Source: Azolla caroliniana
Lineage: Eukaryota; Plantae; Polypodiophyta
NCBI GenBank assembly: GCA_043228905.1
Contig: JBHGNT010000004.1
Span: forward strand, 24,490,001-24,554,000
Length of the DNA stretch: 64,000 nucleotides
Direction: 5' to 3'
The notes under the pieces were generated by a model, which had not been told where the DNA came from, did not search any database, and saw nothing but the letters and a program-made list of their open reading frames with translations. Below, piece by piece: positions 52,715 to 64,000 of the stretch. The number at the start of each line of letters is the position of its first letter. The first letter of the stretch is position 1. The translations under genes and the position numbers were made by a program.

Positions 52715-55700
52715 TCAATGACGGTGGTGATCGTCTGGTCCTGGCCTGCCTTGCCTTTGCTCTCGGAAAAGCCGTAATAGACCTGTGGCCTACAGATGAG
52801 ATAGAGAGAGAACAACTATTTACAAAACAAAAACATAAATTTGTTTGGGAAAACCAAAAAGTTTTCAATAAGAACAAGCATTATCCACCTTCTCCTTGGC
52901 CCTGGGAGTTCCAGCCCTTGCCAAGGCTACAAGAGGGGGAATAGCTCCCTCTTGCAACACACTTGCACGGAAGCGGCTACTATGCGAGCACAGAAGAAAC
53001 AGAGCTGCTGCAGCATTCTCTTTACCACGTTGTGATCCTGTCTCTACCACTTCCACCAGGGCTGGTATCCCACCTTCATCACCAATAGATTCCCTTCCCA
53101 ACGGGATATATGCGAGATTTTGGACAACTGAAACTGCTTTTTCTACCATTCCGGCAGCAGGATCGGTCATTAGTCTTATAAGAGGTCTGACTGCATTCCC
53201 TTCCACAATCTTCAACTTGTTTTCATGATTTAATGAGAGATTAAATAAAGCAGTTGCCGCATCCTTCTTGCCCCGGAGTGTGCCATTGATAAGAAGATCA
53301 ACTAGAGGTTCAATTGCACCTGACTGACCAATTGCCACTTTGTTTTCATCCATAACAGATAAACTGAAAAGAGTTCCAGCAGCATTCTCTTTTGCTGCAG
53401 ACGTACCTACTGTGAGAACATGAACTAAAGGTGTGATTGCATTGGCTGCGGCAATTTCAGATTTGTTATTATCGTTAATTGACAAGTTCAATAAAGCTGT
53501 TACAGCATTCTCTTGTATTTCAGGATCTTCTGAATGTAGCAAAGCAACCAAACCTGGAATGGCTCCATAGTTGGCAATAACAATCCTATTCTCCATATTA
53601 AGCTTGGAAAGGAGCCTCAGTTCCCTAACAGCATTACCCTGAGTACTGGTTGAAAGTGATTGAAGATCCTCCACCAGTGCTTGCACCTGTTGTAAATTGT
53701 CACCATCATCTCCAGCTAAATCAGTTTCTGACTGCCCATTCCTCTCCAAAGCTGAAAATTTATTACCCACTCTCCTACTTACAGCTGAAGCATGATGGCT
53801 AGAAGCTGCACCTGATCTATATTCATCAGCACATGCTGCAAGACTTGATGATACAAGGGATACATCACTAGATGAATCATTTGGCAAACTCAATGCTGCA
53901 AAGCTATCATCAAGGCATGACCCATGACTTGAGTCAGATGCATTCCGACCATGAAAAACAAGGGGAAGCATGTTTGAATCTGCAACATTGGTAGAATTAC
54001 TATCTCCAGCTTCTAATGTATGAACATTTTGATGGTAGGAAGAAGATTCAATGGAATTCCCACCATTCGATCTCAATGCAACAGGTGATGGCTCTGCATT
54101 TACTATGTGATTAATACGATCATTGGTTAACTGAGGAAGCTGCTGAGAATTTGTATGTGGCTTCTCTGGGTCAGGAAGAGACACACCATTTGATTCAGAC
54201 CAAGTAACAATGAATGCTTTTACTATATAATTGGGGATAAGGTTCACATGGCTCAAAGGCTTCCTGCTTTTGGGACAAGTGGTGTTGCCTTGGTCCAGCC
54301 ATTGTTGTATGTAAGTCCTTTCATAGGTCTGCCCAGATGCAACGATTACTGGATCTGACATCAGTTCCAGAGAGAGAGGACATCGAAAATCTGCGGGAAT
54401 TGAAACCCCCCGCGCACATTCCTGTAATTGCTTCTGTTCTGCCAAATCATCTGCCATCTGTGTCACCAAAATAATCAATAGGTTTATAAGCTCTTCTTCA
54501 CCTTTCTCTTTCCTCAAGTGAGCTTTACCCTTTCCCTTCTCAAGGAAAGATGCTTCTCTCAGAATCTCTTGATTGGATTTCAAATCAAGTTCTCCAGCGA
54601 TGTTTACAAGCATGTCGTGGCTCAGCTTTGCCCCTGTTTTTATCTCCATCAATATGCTTTCAATATGCTTGAAGAAGCCTTCTTCTAGAGCATCCATACA
54701 AAAAGTAGCAGTCTCGAGATGACTTGCACACTGTTCAACCTACAAACCAAAGAGAGGATGCAAAATATCAGACCATAATCACATGTAAAATAAAAGAGTT
54801 AATAATACATTTTTCAGCTGAGAAATGTGAACTCATACTTGCTCTTGAATTTGATCTGACACCTGAAATGTTTTCAATGGCAATAATCTTAGGCAGGATT
54901 GCAAACCCAATGATAAGTCTCCAAAAGTCTTCAAAATTTGTTGTTTCTGCAGAATCTGAGATGAAGAGTACAATACTGACTTAAATCTTCTAAAATGAGT
55001 ATGGCAAAGCATATGCACAGTTCTTGAAGTCAAGAAAACACTTGAATAACAATTAATAGCTGAAAACCAATTTGCATAAAAACTATAATACTATCCCAGT
55101 TTGTAGATGTACAATTTTATTGAGATTCAAATCTCTAGCTTCAAAATGGAAACTATGATCAGAGCTAGATTTTTAAACATTTCTGAACTAAATATTATAT
55201 ACTCTTCAGTCCCTGTTAATATAGATAAATGGATGCATATAGTCAATAAAGCAGTAATACTTTAAATTCCAGTCGATCCAATTGTAATTCGCCAACAATG
55301 GAATAGGAGTTAGTCTTTAAATATGTCTGGGCATTTTCCACAACTCTGGATTGTTAAATCGCATTTGAACCAGTATCGACTTAAATGAAGGTATAAAAGG
55401 GTAACGGATGTGATAGTAGAGCCCATGCACCACAGTTAAAGTCAGAAATGCACCTAGTATTATATACAGTGTTTAACTCATACAAACAGTGAATAATGGG
55501 AACAGATATGCCATTTAAGAGGAAATGAACCACTGGAACGACCGTCCATGAAATGGATGAGAAGATACATACTGGAGGATTCTCATAAGACAGTTAGGAA
55601 GCAGGTGTGGAGAAGTGGGATAGAAAACACTCTTGAGGATCCCAACAAAACAAATATTCACTTAAGGTGGGATTTCTAATATGCAGGGATATCTCCTACA

Positions 55701-57297
55701 ATGTAATTGCTATAATATTATATCCCACATGTATGAAAAATGTTCATTCGATGGAAAGCTTATCTCTTAATGTCTTATGATTGAAATACACTAAAGAAAT
55801 GAAGTGGGACTTGTGCCTGTTACGGAAAGCCTTGGTGAAGCTTTGCCTTGTTGCCTTCACGTTCACAACCCCGAGATCCAAAGGGACTTCATGAAGGTAG
55901 TTAGGTCTTAAACACGTATATTGCAGAGAGCTGGCACTAAGGAGTATTTTCAAATAGAAATCATAAATGAGAGCTGAGTAAGTTGTTTTAATGGGTCTAA
56001 TGTGTTTTTGTTAATAGAAAACATAAAATACGATCAAGAAAAGTTTCCAATATGATCTCCTTATTGATTCTCTTGACATTCTTACATCTAGTCGTCTTCC
56101 TGCATTCCCGCATTCTTACATCTAGTCTCCACCAAATTTTTTGACTTTAGCAGATTCAACCTGAGCCAATTTGCCAAATTTATCTGTTTGATTCATCAAT
56201 GCAATTTATATGCTACCATCTATTCCAATTTACATACTTTAATGTTAACTTCTTTGAAGTTATAAGTTTTATATGTATTATGTAATAATATGTGCTATGG
56301 ATGCATATAAATATAATATCTGCATATTCCCCCCACTTCCATTACCCCAACAAATATGCATCCATAGTCTAGGTCTTTCGACTTTCTAATTAATGTGCTA
56401 ACTTTTTTGCAGGAGTGGTGACACTCCACATCCCTCCAATCAAGCCACATGGCAACAATGGTCAAGAGACGCCATCAAAGTCATCGAATTCAAGAAACAT
56501 GGATATGGGGTGACTCTATTTCCATAAAAAGGGTCATCATTAGCCCCAACGTTCTCTTGTTTTCTTTTACAAGTGTGACTTTACATTGTCCCAGGATGTC
56601 TGATGGATTCTGAATAGCAACGATACTTGCTCAGTTCATCTCACCTGTACATTTAGCAAACCATACTATCACTTGAGCACATTTTCATCAAGTTTTCAAT
56701 GTCCAGGTGTCAGGTAGATTACAATTTCAATCTTCCATTCTTCGAGAGACTCTAAATAGGGTTATATTGACACTTCTGTATGTTCTATATATAGCCTGAG
56801 ATTACGTAGTTCTTTACATTTGTCGTGATTCGATAGAATCTTAGGTTGGTTTTCTTACATATGCTTAGTTCTCACAAGACTGCAATAAATTTCCCCCTTT
56901 CCATGAAAAATATTAATCATAATCAAGAATCTATAATCACACCTCATTCTCACTCTCTCTCATTCATATATTTGCATAACATATATGCGCCACATATATT
57001 ATGCTTCGTTTTAGCACTTACTGGCAATAATTTGCTCTCCTTTCCTGCGCACATCTCCAAAAGCTCTTTCATTTTCAAGAATATAGACTCCATTTGATCA
57101 AAACTGTCGAATATTTCTTCGCCATTCGAGGGAATTGCATTACTTGCTCGGAGCTCTTCAGGCAGCGGTTTCAATAAATTGATACATTTGGACCAACATC
57201 CACAGCTTGTTTTATAAAATAAGGATCTCTCCGAAAGCATGCTCAGGTCCTGTAAGAGACCATGGAGCTTTTGCATCATGATTGCATAGCTATCCAT
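52715..57297 (-). CDS. PUB4: U-box/ARM-repeat E3 ubiquitin ligase with an N-terminal UND region (PUB2/3/4-like); exons 57297-57022, 54955-54839, 54739-52889, 52789-52715
   Basis: U-box IPADFRCPLSLELMSDPVIVASGQTYERTYIQQWLDQGNTTCPKSR, ARM repeats (QENAVTALLNLSINDNNK, GTLRGKKDAATALFNLS, GSQRGKENAAAAL, GTPRAKEK|A), and phase-0 GT-AG junctions. A 5' UTR intron lies at about 57302-57489. Confidence 0.93.
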
Positions 57298-57614
57298 GCT
57301 CCTGTAGAATTTAAAGAGGGCTGCAGAATTGTAGTTAATAGCAACCCAAGGCAAAGCTAAACCAAATCAGAAAACCCTAAAACACACCATAAAAGGACAG
57401 CAGATAGACAGACAAATAGATATGTATATACATATACATAAACACAAAGAACTTAAAGGAGATGGAAAGAGGTAGGAAGTGAACTGACCTTGAAGATCGT
57501 ATTAGCTGCACACCAGTGTGCCTTCACAGGCCATTGATTTTGAAGAAACAGAGAAACAGAACAGGAACAGGGGGAGACCAATCAACAGGGGGAGAGACCC
57601 AGAACCAATTTGAA

Positions 57615-57617
<3 letters not shown>

Positions 57618-57657
<40 letters not shown>
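57618..57657. repeat. (CT/GA)n microsatellite in the PUB leader or promoter
   Basis: About 20 CT units. Confidence 0.9.
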
Positions 57658-57662
<5 letters not shown>

Positions 57663-58039
57663 ATCTGTGTCTCTGTGGACACTCCCCTCCATCCGAACCG
57701 GTCACATTTCAAGGGAGTGTCCATGGGAACCGGTCACACCGACAAGACAAGACACAGACACATTGGTATTGTGTGCGGGCGGGTCCATAAAGGCATAGAA
57801 GGAAACCTTTTCTTGTGTTGGCACCCTGACATTGTGCCATTGCTTCCGTCTTTCTAGTGGGGAAGGAAGCTTGATGGTCATTTTGATGTCTCACTCAGGC
57901 TCTACCTTGAAGTCTTCTGAACATATGATCAATATGAAATTTAAAAAACAGATTCCAGGCTTGCAACGAATGGACACCATCTTGAAACGCTATTAAGTGG
58001 CTTCCGTACTCGTGCTTGGCCCCAACCTAATATTGAGGA

Positions 58040-58926
58040 CCTGCAACCAGTCAACGACCACTTGTGTTTCATTCAAGACTTACAACCAGTCAACCAAGCG
58101 ATGATTCGTAATGCGAGGGTTGGACCGAGTGCCAACGAATTCGCCAAAGCCTACGCGAGAAGGTCCATTTATTCAATCGATGATTTGTACTCAGAGCACG
58201 ATCAAATCCAACTAGTCATGGAGAGTATCGATATCATGACGATGCAAACCCCTATCGGTTTAGTGTGGATGTGTACCCTGCCACAAGGCAACACAAACTC
58301 TGTGGCCCACATGGTAAATGCAATGAACAAGGTACTACGAGACTACATCTCGGACATCACCATGTCATTCTTCGACAACATCCCGACGAAGGGGTGCTCG
58401 GAAGCAAAGAAAGACAAAACTTTTGGATGAGGATGGGTGCATGTGCTTGGTGGTAGATCACATCACCAATTGCAAGAAGGTTCTTCAAAGATTAGAAGAT
58501 GTGTGCTTAACCTTCTCGGGCAAAAAGTCAACATTTGATCAATTGAAGATTCTCATGGTGGGACACTTATGGGGGCATACGAACGAAAGCCATCCCTAGC
58601 AAAGGTGGATGCCATCACAAAAATGAAGGAAGAATGCAAATTGCAAACAGAAGTAACAATCAACAACGGTTTGTTCGAGAGTGTCAAAATTGAACTGGTT
58701 TGAAACTAAACCGTTTAAAAATTTTGAGACCTTAATCAAACCATGAAACCGTTTAAACTGAACCGTTAGGTAAAAATCCAAACCGTTAAACCATTAAACT
58801 GTGGTTTCATGGTTCGGTTTCGATTTTCAACTTAGGTCAAATTTCAAAATTTTCATTATTTCAAAATTTAAAGATTTTATCCTAGAATGTGAGAATTAGG
58901 CTTAAAAATGAAAAGGTTCTTTATAT

Positions 58927-58957
<31 letters not shown>

Positions 58958-60794
58958 ACCATCAAATTGTTTAACCATTTAAATTGTGGTTTGGAATCGT
59001 GAAAAACGAACCGCTTAAATCATTAAGTCACAGTTTCGTTGTTCGGTTTTGTTCAAACCGAACCATTGCCAATTGTCAGATAGAAGTGACACAGTGTCTT
59101 GGTGCCTGTGCATTTTACTACATTTGGATTCCCCACTAGTCGAGCCCGTGTATGGGCTATTCAAGGGGGGGTGGAAGTTCAAATGGGAAAACGAGCACAT
59201 AGAGTTGATGAGGAGGTTAAAGGGATGTCGGTAGCAGCAATAGCTTTACGAAAAGGTGTATACAAGGAAGGGATGTCCAATGATCTGTGTGACGGTACAT
59301 ATGAGTCCAACTGGGATCAAATAGGTCTTCACGTAGGAAGGAGAGGATGACGCATACTATGCCATCATATTCAGGGCAAAGGTGCTCAACGAATGACAAT
59401 GAGGGTATGCCCAAGTCAAGAGGGAGCTTTGGGGCATTTCCGTAGTGAAGGCAGACAAAGACTACCTCATCGGGGCGAAGGTCATAATAGAGATGGATTG
59501 CTTTCCAATCCTAACGATGATATTGGGATGTGCAACACTAGACTTAGCCATGCTAAGATGGATTGCTTACATCAAGCTGATGAACCCGGAGGTCTGCCAC
59601 ATATTAGGGAAGAACAATGCCATGGCATACATGCTATCTAGAGCAAGGTATGAAGAGGAAAGTGACATGATGTCAGAAGATGCGGATGTTTTCCTCTTTT
59701 AAGATGACTCAAGCATTTGCGGGATCAAGATGTGCAAGTATGAAAGGGAGTGGCTACACATTGACAAGTTCTTAAGCTCAATGACGATGGATACTTCATG
59801 GTCAAAGGAGGATGCGCAAAGAGTCCGGAAGAAAAGGGGCCATAGAGGGACATGGGCAACTTTCAAGAAGTTAAAGGAGAAGTATTGGTGGCCAGGAATA
59901 TACAATGATGTTGCCCATTTCGTGGGTACATGTGAGAGTTGTCATGTACATTTGAACATATGACATAGGGATGAGTTGCACCCAACCTACCCACTCGCCA
60001 AAATGGATGGTAGATTTTGGCTTCGATGTCAATGGGAGTGGGCCAAATGAAGTACTTGGTGCTAGTGAGAGAAGATCTAACAAACTAGGTAGAATGGTGA
60101 GCTTTGGTAAACAAGACAACGGTTGAGTGTGCAAGTTCTTGCTCGAAGATGTCATTTTCCAGTATAGGTGCGTGGGGAAGATCATGGCAGATAGAACATG
60201 GACACATGCCCATAATCAAAGCCATTGTAAGAGACTGTGATGGATGGGTCAGGAATTGGCCACGTAAACTACGTTATACCATGTGGGTCGACAAAACTAA
60301 TCATAGTTCAGTAATAAGGTTCATGTCGGCTGAGCTCATGTACAAACAAAAGTTGGTGATGCCCATTGAGGACATGATCACATCATGGGTTACGATGCCG
60401 CGGGAAAACGAGACGAGCCGAGAAGAGCTTCTGGTGATGAGGATAAGACAACTCGAGAGAAGGCTAGAGGACTTAGAGTTGGCAAAGGAGAGGTTAGTAA
60501 CAACTACGCTAAAGAACAAAGCCTGATTTGACAAGATGCACCGGCTTTGCCCTGGAAAGATCGAAGAACAAACCTCGATGAAGAAGAAAATGAAGAGGAG
60601 TAAGCAACGGGTCACGAGGTCAACGAGGCAGAAGAAATAGACGATTGACCACCCTCTGCTGCCATTCTTGGCACATGTCAAAGGATGTGTGGGTGTGGGT
60701 GGATGTCGTGAAGTGGTGTGCTGAGTGTGGGAAACACGGCTCGGGGGCTTCACTATACATATATAAAGAGGTTGTATCACGTGCGTTCACGACA
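58040..60794 (+). mobile_element. Decayed Ty3/gypsy element (RT, RNase H, integrase) ending in a 91-bp LTR remnant
   Basis: RT: DLQPVNQAMIRNA..DLYSEHDQ..TPIGL..TLPQGNTNSVAHM..FFDNIPTKG. RNase H: RWIAYIKLMNPEVCHILGKNNAMAYMLSR. Integrase zinc finger: GHRGTWATFKKLKEKYWWPG..CESC. A G-rich tract is followed by TGTCGTGAA(60704)...TTCACGACA(60794). Confidence 0.88.
58657..59075. mobile_element. MITE inserted in the gypsy RT
   Basis: CAATCAACAACGGTT...AACCATTGCCAATTG termini and AAACC/GGTTT repeats. RT reading (..KLQTEV / EV.QCLGACAFYYIWIPH) is interrupted here. Confidence 0.75.
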
Positions 60795-61019
60795 TCTTTT
60801 ATAAACCCCTTCTACATATGATTTTTACTATTTGGGAGATCCTTTTGTAAAAAATTAGTTAATAAAGATACCGATTAGTGCCGATATACATTTGGACAAC
60901 AACTCATTTACCCTCAAAAGCTTGTATGGGGAAGAGCATTACGATTGCTATGTCATGCCTCTAGCTCATTTACCCTCAAATGGGGACATGCTTGTTGGAA
61001 CTGTCTTGATGATGATGTG

Positions 61020-61612
61020 GACAAATTTGATAGCACATGCAAATCAATGTATAGAGGGGAGAATGAAACTATTTGATTGATCACTGATAACAGGGGACCT
61101 ACAATTAATGCCCAGAGGCAGAAAATTGGAGATCTATGGATGTTGCTTGCACCCATTATCATATGGAGCATATGGACAACAAGATGTACTAGGGTATTTT
61201 CAGCAAACAAACGGCCTCCAGCAGAATCTATTAAGCTAATATGGCACACATTAATAACTACATTGAGGGCCCAATATGAGCAGATTGATGGAACAGATGA
61301 TACTTCAGAATTAATGAGGCTGAATTTCAGAAAATGATGGTGTACTACACCAATGGTTGCAGAAACTGGAGTGGATATACGTTGGCAATACGTAGTACCT
61401 AGATGGTTGTTCCCCCCTCCCATTAGATGAAAGAGGGGTGTGAATGACATGAGAAACCTAGAGAACAAACATGTGGGCTATTGAGTGTAAGATAAATATG
61501 TGATGTAGCCCATATGGAAGTAGGTAATGACTACCTGTTAAAGGGACTAAAGTTGTGTATTGAATGTCATTTTAACTAATGGAGTATATTCTTATTTGGT
61601 AAAATAAAATAA
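61020..61612 (+). mobile_element. LINE 3' fragment (subfamily A)
   Basis: LWMLLAPIIIWSIWTTRCTRVF..IWHTLITTLRAQY..IRWQYVVPRWLFPPP, then a UTR ending ttttaactaatggagtatattc and an A tail. Confidence 0.82.
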
Positions 61613-61800
61613 AAACAACAACTCATTTTAAATGCCCTTACATAGAAAACACATGTATGCTTTATATATGTATTTTATTGTCTAAATTGTATTGCATGTG
61701 TATGTATATATGTATTGTATTGTATCCCATGTTTATGTATGCACGTATTGCAGGTTTTGTATATATTATATATATGGCATGCGTATGTATCTATGTGTTT

Positions 61801-61846
<46 letters not shown>

Positions 61847-61900
61847 CTATATATGTGTGTGCATGTGTGTTCTATATATGTGTGTGCATGTGTGTTCTAT
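61801..61900. repeat. (TG)n microsatellite with degenerate flanks
   Basis: Directly visible. Confidence 0.95.
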
Positions 61901-62400
61901 ACATGTCACTACAACAAAATAGGTTGGTAGTGATGCCAAAACTTATCACTATTGGCATCATTTAGTTACCATCGTTTTGCAACGCGTTTTTTAGAAATTA
62001 ATTATTATTTTTACTTTTTTAAATAATTAATTTGTATTTATTTTATTTTGTTTATTATCTTTTTTTTCCTTTTCTTTTTTTTAAATGTGTTTGAATGTAT
62101 TCATGTATGTATGTATGTTTGTTTGTTTGTTTGTATGTTTGCATGTATGTAGCCATGGAGAGAACGTGTCTTCACAACAATCAAAGCACTAAGCATGAAA
62201 TGCGGTCTTCATTCCGAAGAAAAAGATCACCGTCCATGTGATCTTCTTTGACATGCCTATGTAACAATGCATATATTGTGGTTTCATCGAAGTGAAAAAT
62301 GCTACATCTAAAAGAGCATATATCATAAAAATAATATACCATGTGATGTCCAATAATTATACACAACATTTAACTTGAGCAAGAACTTCACCACATGAAG

Positions 62401-62749
62401 TTTTTTTTTTCCAAAAAAAGAATATACTCCATTAGTTAAAACATACACACACTCGATCCCTTTCTTGGGTAGGCCATGCCAAGCCTATCCTATCCTACAT
62501 AAGAGATCTAGCTTATTTATCTTACACTTTCACATATGTCTCTAGCCATCCTTTAATACACATCACCTACATTCACTATCCCACATGCCATGTCTTTCAC
62601 GCCCCTTGTTCAACTATTAGAAGGGGGGAACAACCATCTAGGTACTTCATACTTCCATAGTATATCCATTCCATTTGCTGCGGCCATTGGTGTAGTACAC
62701 CATTGCTTTCAAAAATTCAGCCCCATTAGTTCTACAACATCATTAGTAC
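62401..62749 (-). mobile_element. LINE 3' fragment (subfamily A), cut by an LTR insertion
   Basis: Reverse complement is nearly identical to 23452-23752. T tract at 62401-62410. Confidence 0.82.
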
Positions 62750-64000
62750 TGTCACGGACACACTGAGCGCGGACTAGGATGGAACACGGATGATGGGGCT
62801 ACGAGCGACAGATGAACTTGGAGCTAGATGTGATGAGGCTAGGAACTCTAAACGTTATGAGCAACATGGCGGCATGCAAACAGAAATAAAGATCAAGGAC
62901 ACAAAGACGAGGCGAAACGAGAATACTAGATTGATGTGTCAATGATTGGTGTTGAATCCCTTGAAAGGGACCAAGGATGTTACAAGTATTTATACAATTT
63001 ACGAGATTGAATATCTCTAGAATATACTCGAGAAATATCTCGAGAATATACTAATGACTAGAATATTCTCGAATGTACTATACACTAGACTCTACAATAT
63101 ATACAAGTTCACAATCGAATGTGGACAGTTCACAAGAGTTTTCATATGGTTAACACAACACAATGTATCGTGTGTGTTAAAAGTTAGAGGTTCGAGTCTA
63201 GACTGTGACATTATCCCCCCTCTTACGCCGCCTTCCCAAATCGGTCTTTGGCTTAAGGGGATAATGTTGATGAAAATCTCTTAGACCACCTCCAAACTAT
63301 TTTCTAAATCCTAGGCAAGGAGTAATCCTCCCAGAAGTATTTTCTAAATCCTAGGCAAGGAGTAACCCTCCCAGAAGACAAGGTATTGAACACTAACGAG
63401 CATGAGCAACCATGTGCGGTCCTCGCCCAGGACTGGAAAATGAATACCAACAGGCGTGAGCGACCATGTACGGTCCTCACGGGGAGCACGAACACCAACG
63501 GGCATGAGCAACCATGTGCAGTCTTCGTCGGGAACTGGAACACGAATACCAACGGGCGTGAGCGACCATGTACGGTCCTCACGGGGAACACGAACACCAA
63601 TGAGCATGAGAGACCACGTGCAGTCCTCGACAGGAACTGGAACACGAATACCAACGAGCGTGAGTAACCATGTGTGGTTCTAACAGGGAACACGAACACC
63701 AATGGGCATGAGAGACCATGTTGGTCCTCGCCGAGAGTTGGAACACGAGCACCAATGGGCGTTAGCAATCATGTGCGGTCCTCACCGGGAACTAGAACGT
63801 GAACAACAATAGGCATGAGCGACCATGTTGGTCCTCGCCGGGATCTGGAACACAAACAATAGTTGGAGTGAGTGACCATGTGCAGTCCTCACGGGAGACT
63901 GGAACACGAATACCAATGGGCGTGAGTGACCATGTGCAGTCCTCACAGGGAACACGAACACCAACGGGCATGAGAGACCATGTCGGTCCTTGCCGAGAGT
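62750..64000 (-). mobile_element. 3' end of a chromovirus-like LTR retrotransposon: 461-bp LTR (62750-63210), polypurine tract (63211-63224) and internal region running off the window
   Basis: TGTCAC...GTGACA termini. The adjacent ttatcccccctctt is the reverse complement of PPT AAGAGGGGGGATAA. Just inside, the minus strand reads EVV*..DFHQHYPLKP, like a chromodomain tail. Confidence 0.8.
63400..64000. repeat. GC-rich minisatellite of alternating 54- and 48-bp units (102-bp higher-order repeat)
   Basis: Unit starts at 63400, 63454, 63502, 63556, 63604, 63658 and 63706; regularity loosens after that. Confidence 0.92.

Noticed and set aside
63400-64000. CRISPR array
   Set aside because: Whole units repeat with no unique spacers, there are no cas genes, and the context is a eukaryotic LTR element.

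Overview
AT-rich, intron-containing plant nuclear DNA, most likely a non-seed land plant such as a fern (inferred from gene and TE types, not proven). Three clear host genes lie on the minus strand: a UPF0548/DUF1990 gene (10124-11417), a single-B-box CONSTANS-like gene (16095-18286) and a UND/U-box/ARM E3 ligase of the PUB2/3/4 type (52715-57297). Two smaller minus-strand genes are a probable organelle-targeted protein carrying only an RT0-like region of a group II intron maturase (41604-42383) and a short QPGPLG.EHKFS protein (last exon 44903-45068). The rest is decayed L1-type LINEs (seven 3' ends), Ty3/gypsy and Ty1/copia remnants, LTRs, MITEs, tandem repeats and microsatellites. The most unusual element is at about 671-3878: a decayed gene with spliceosomal introns that fuses a ParB/Srx-like domain to a prokaryotic-type beta-class N6-adenine/N4-cytosine DNA methyltransferase. 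I found no rRNA, tRNA or CRISPR array. All family calls come from motifs read by eye, with no database search.
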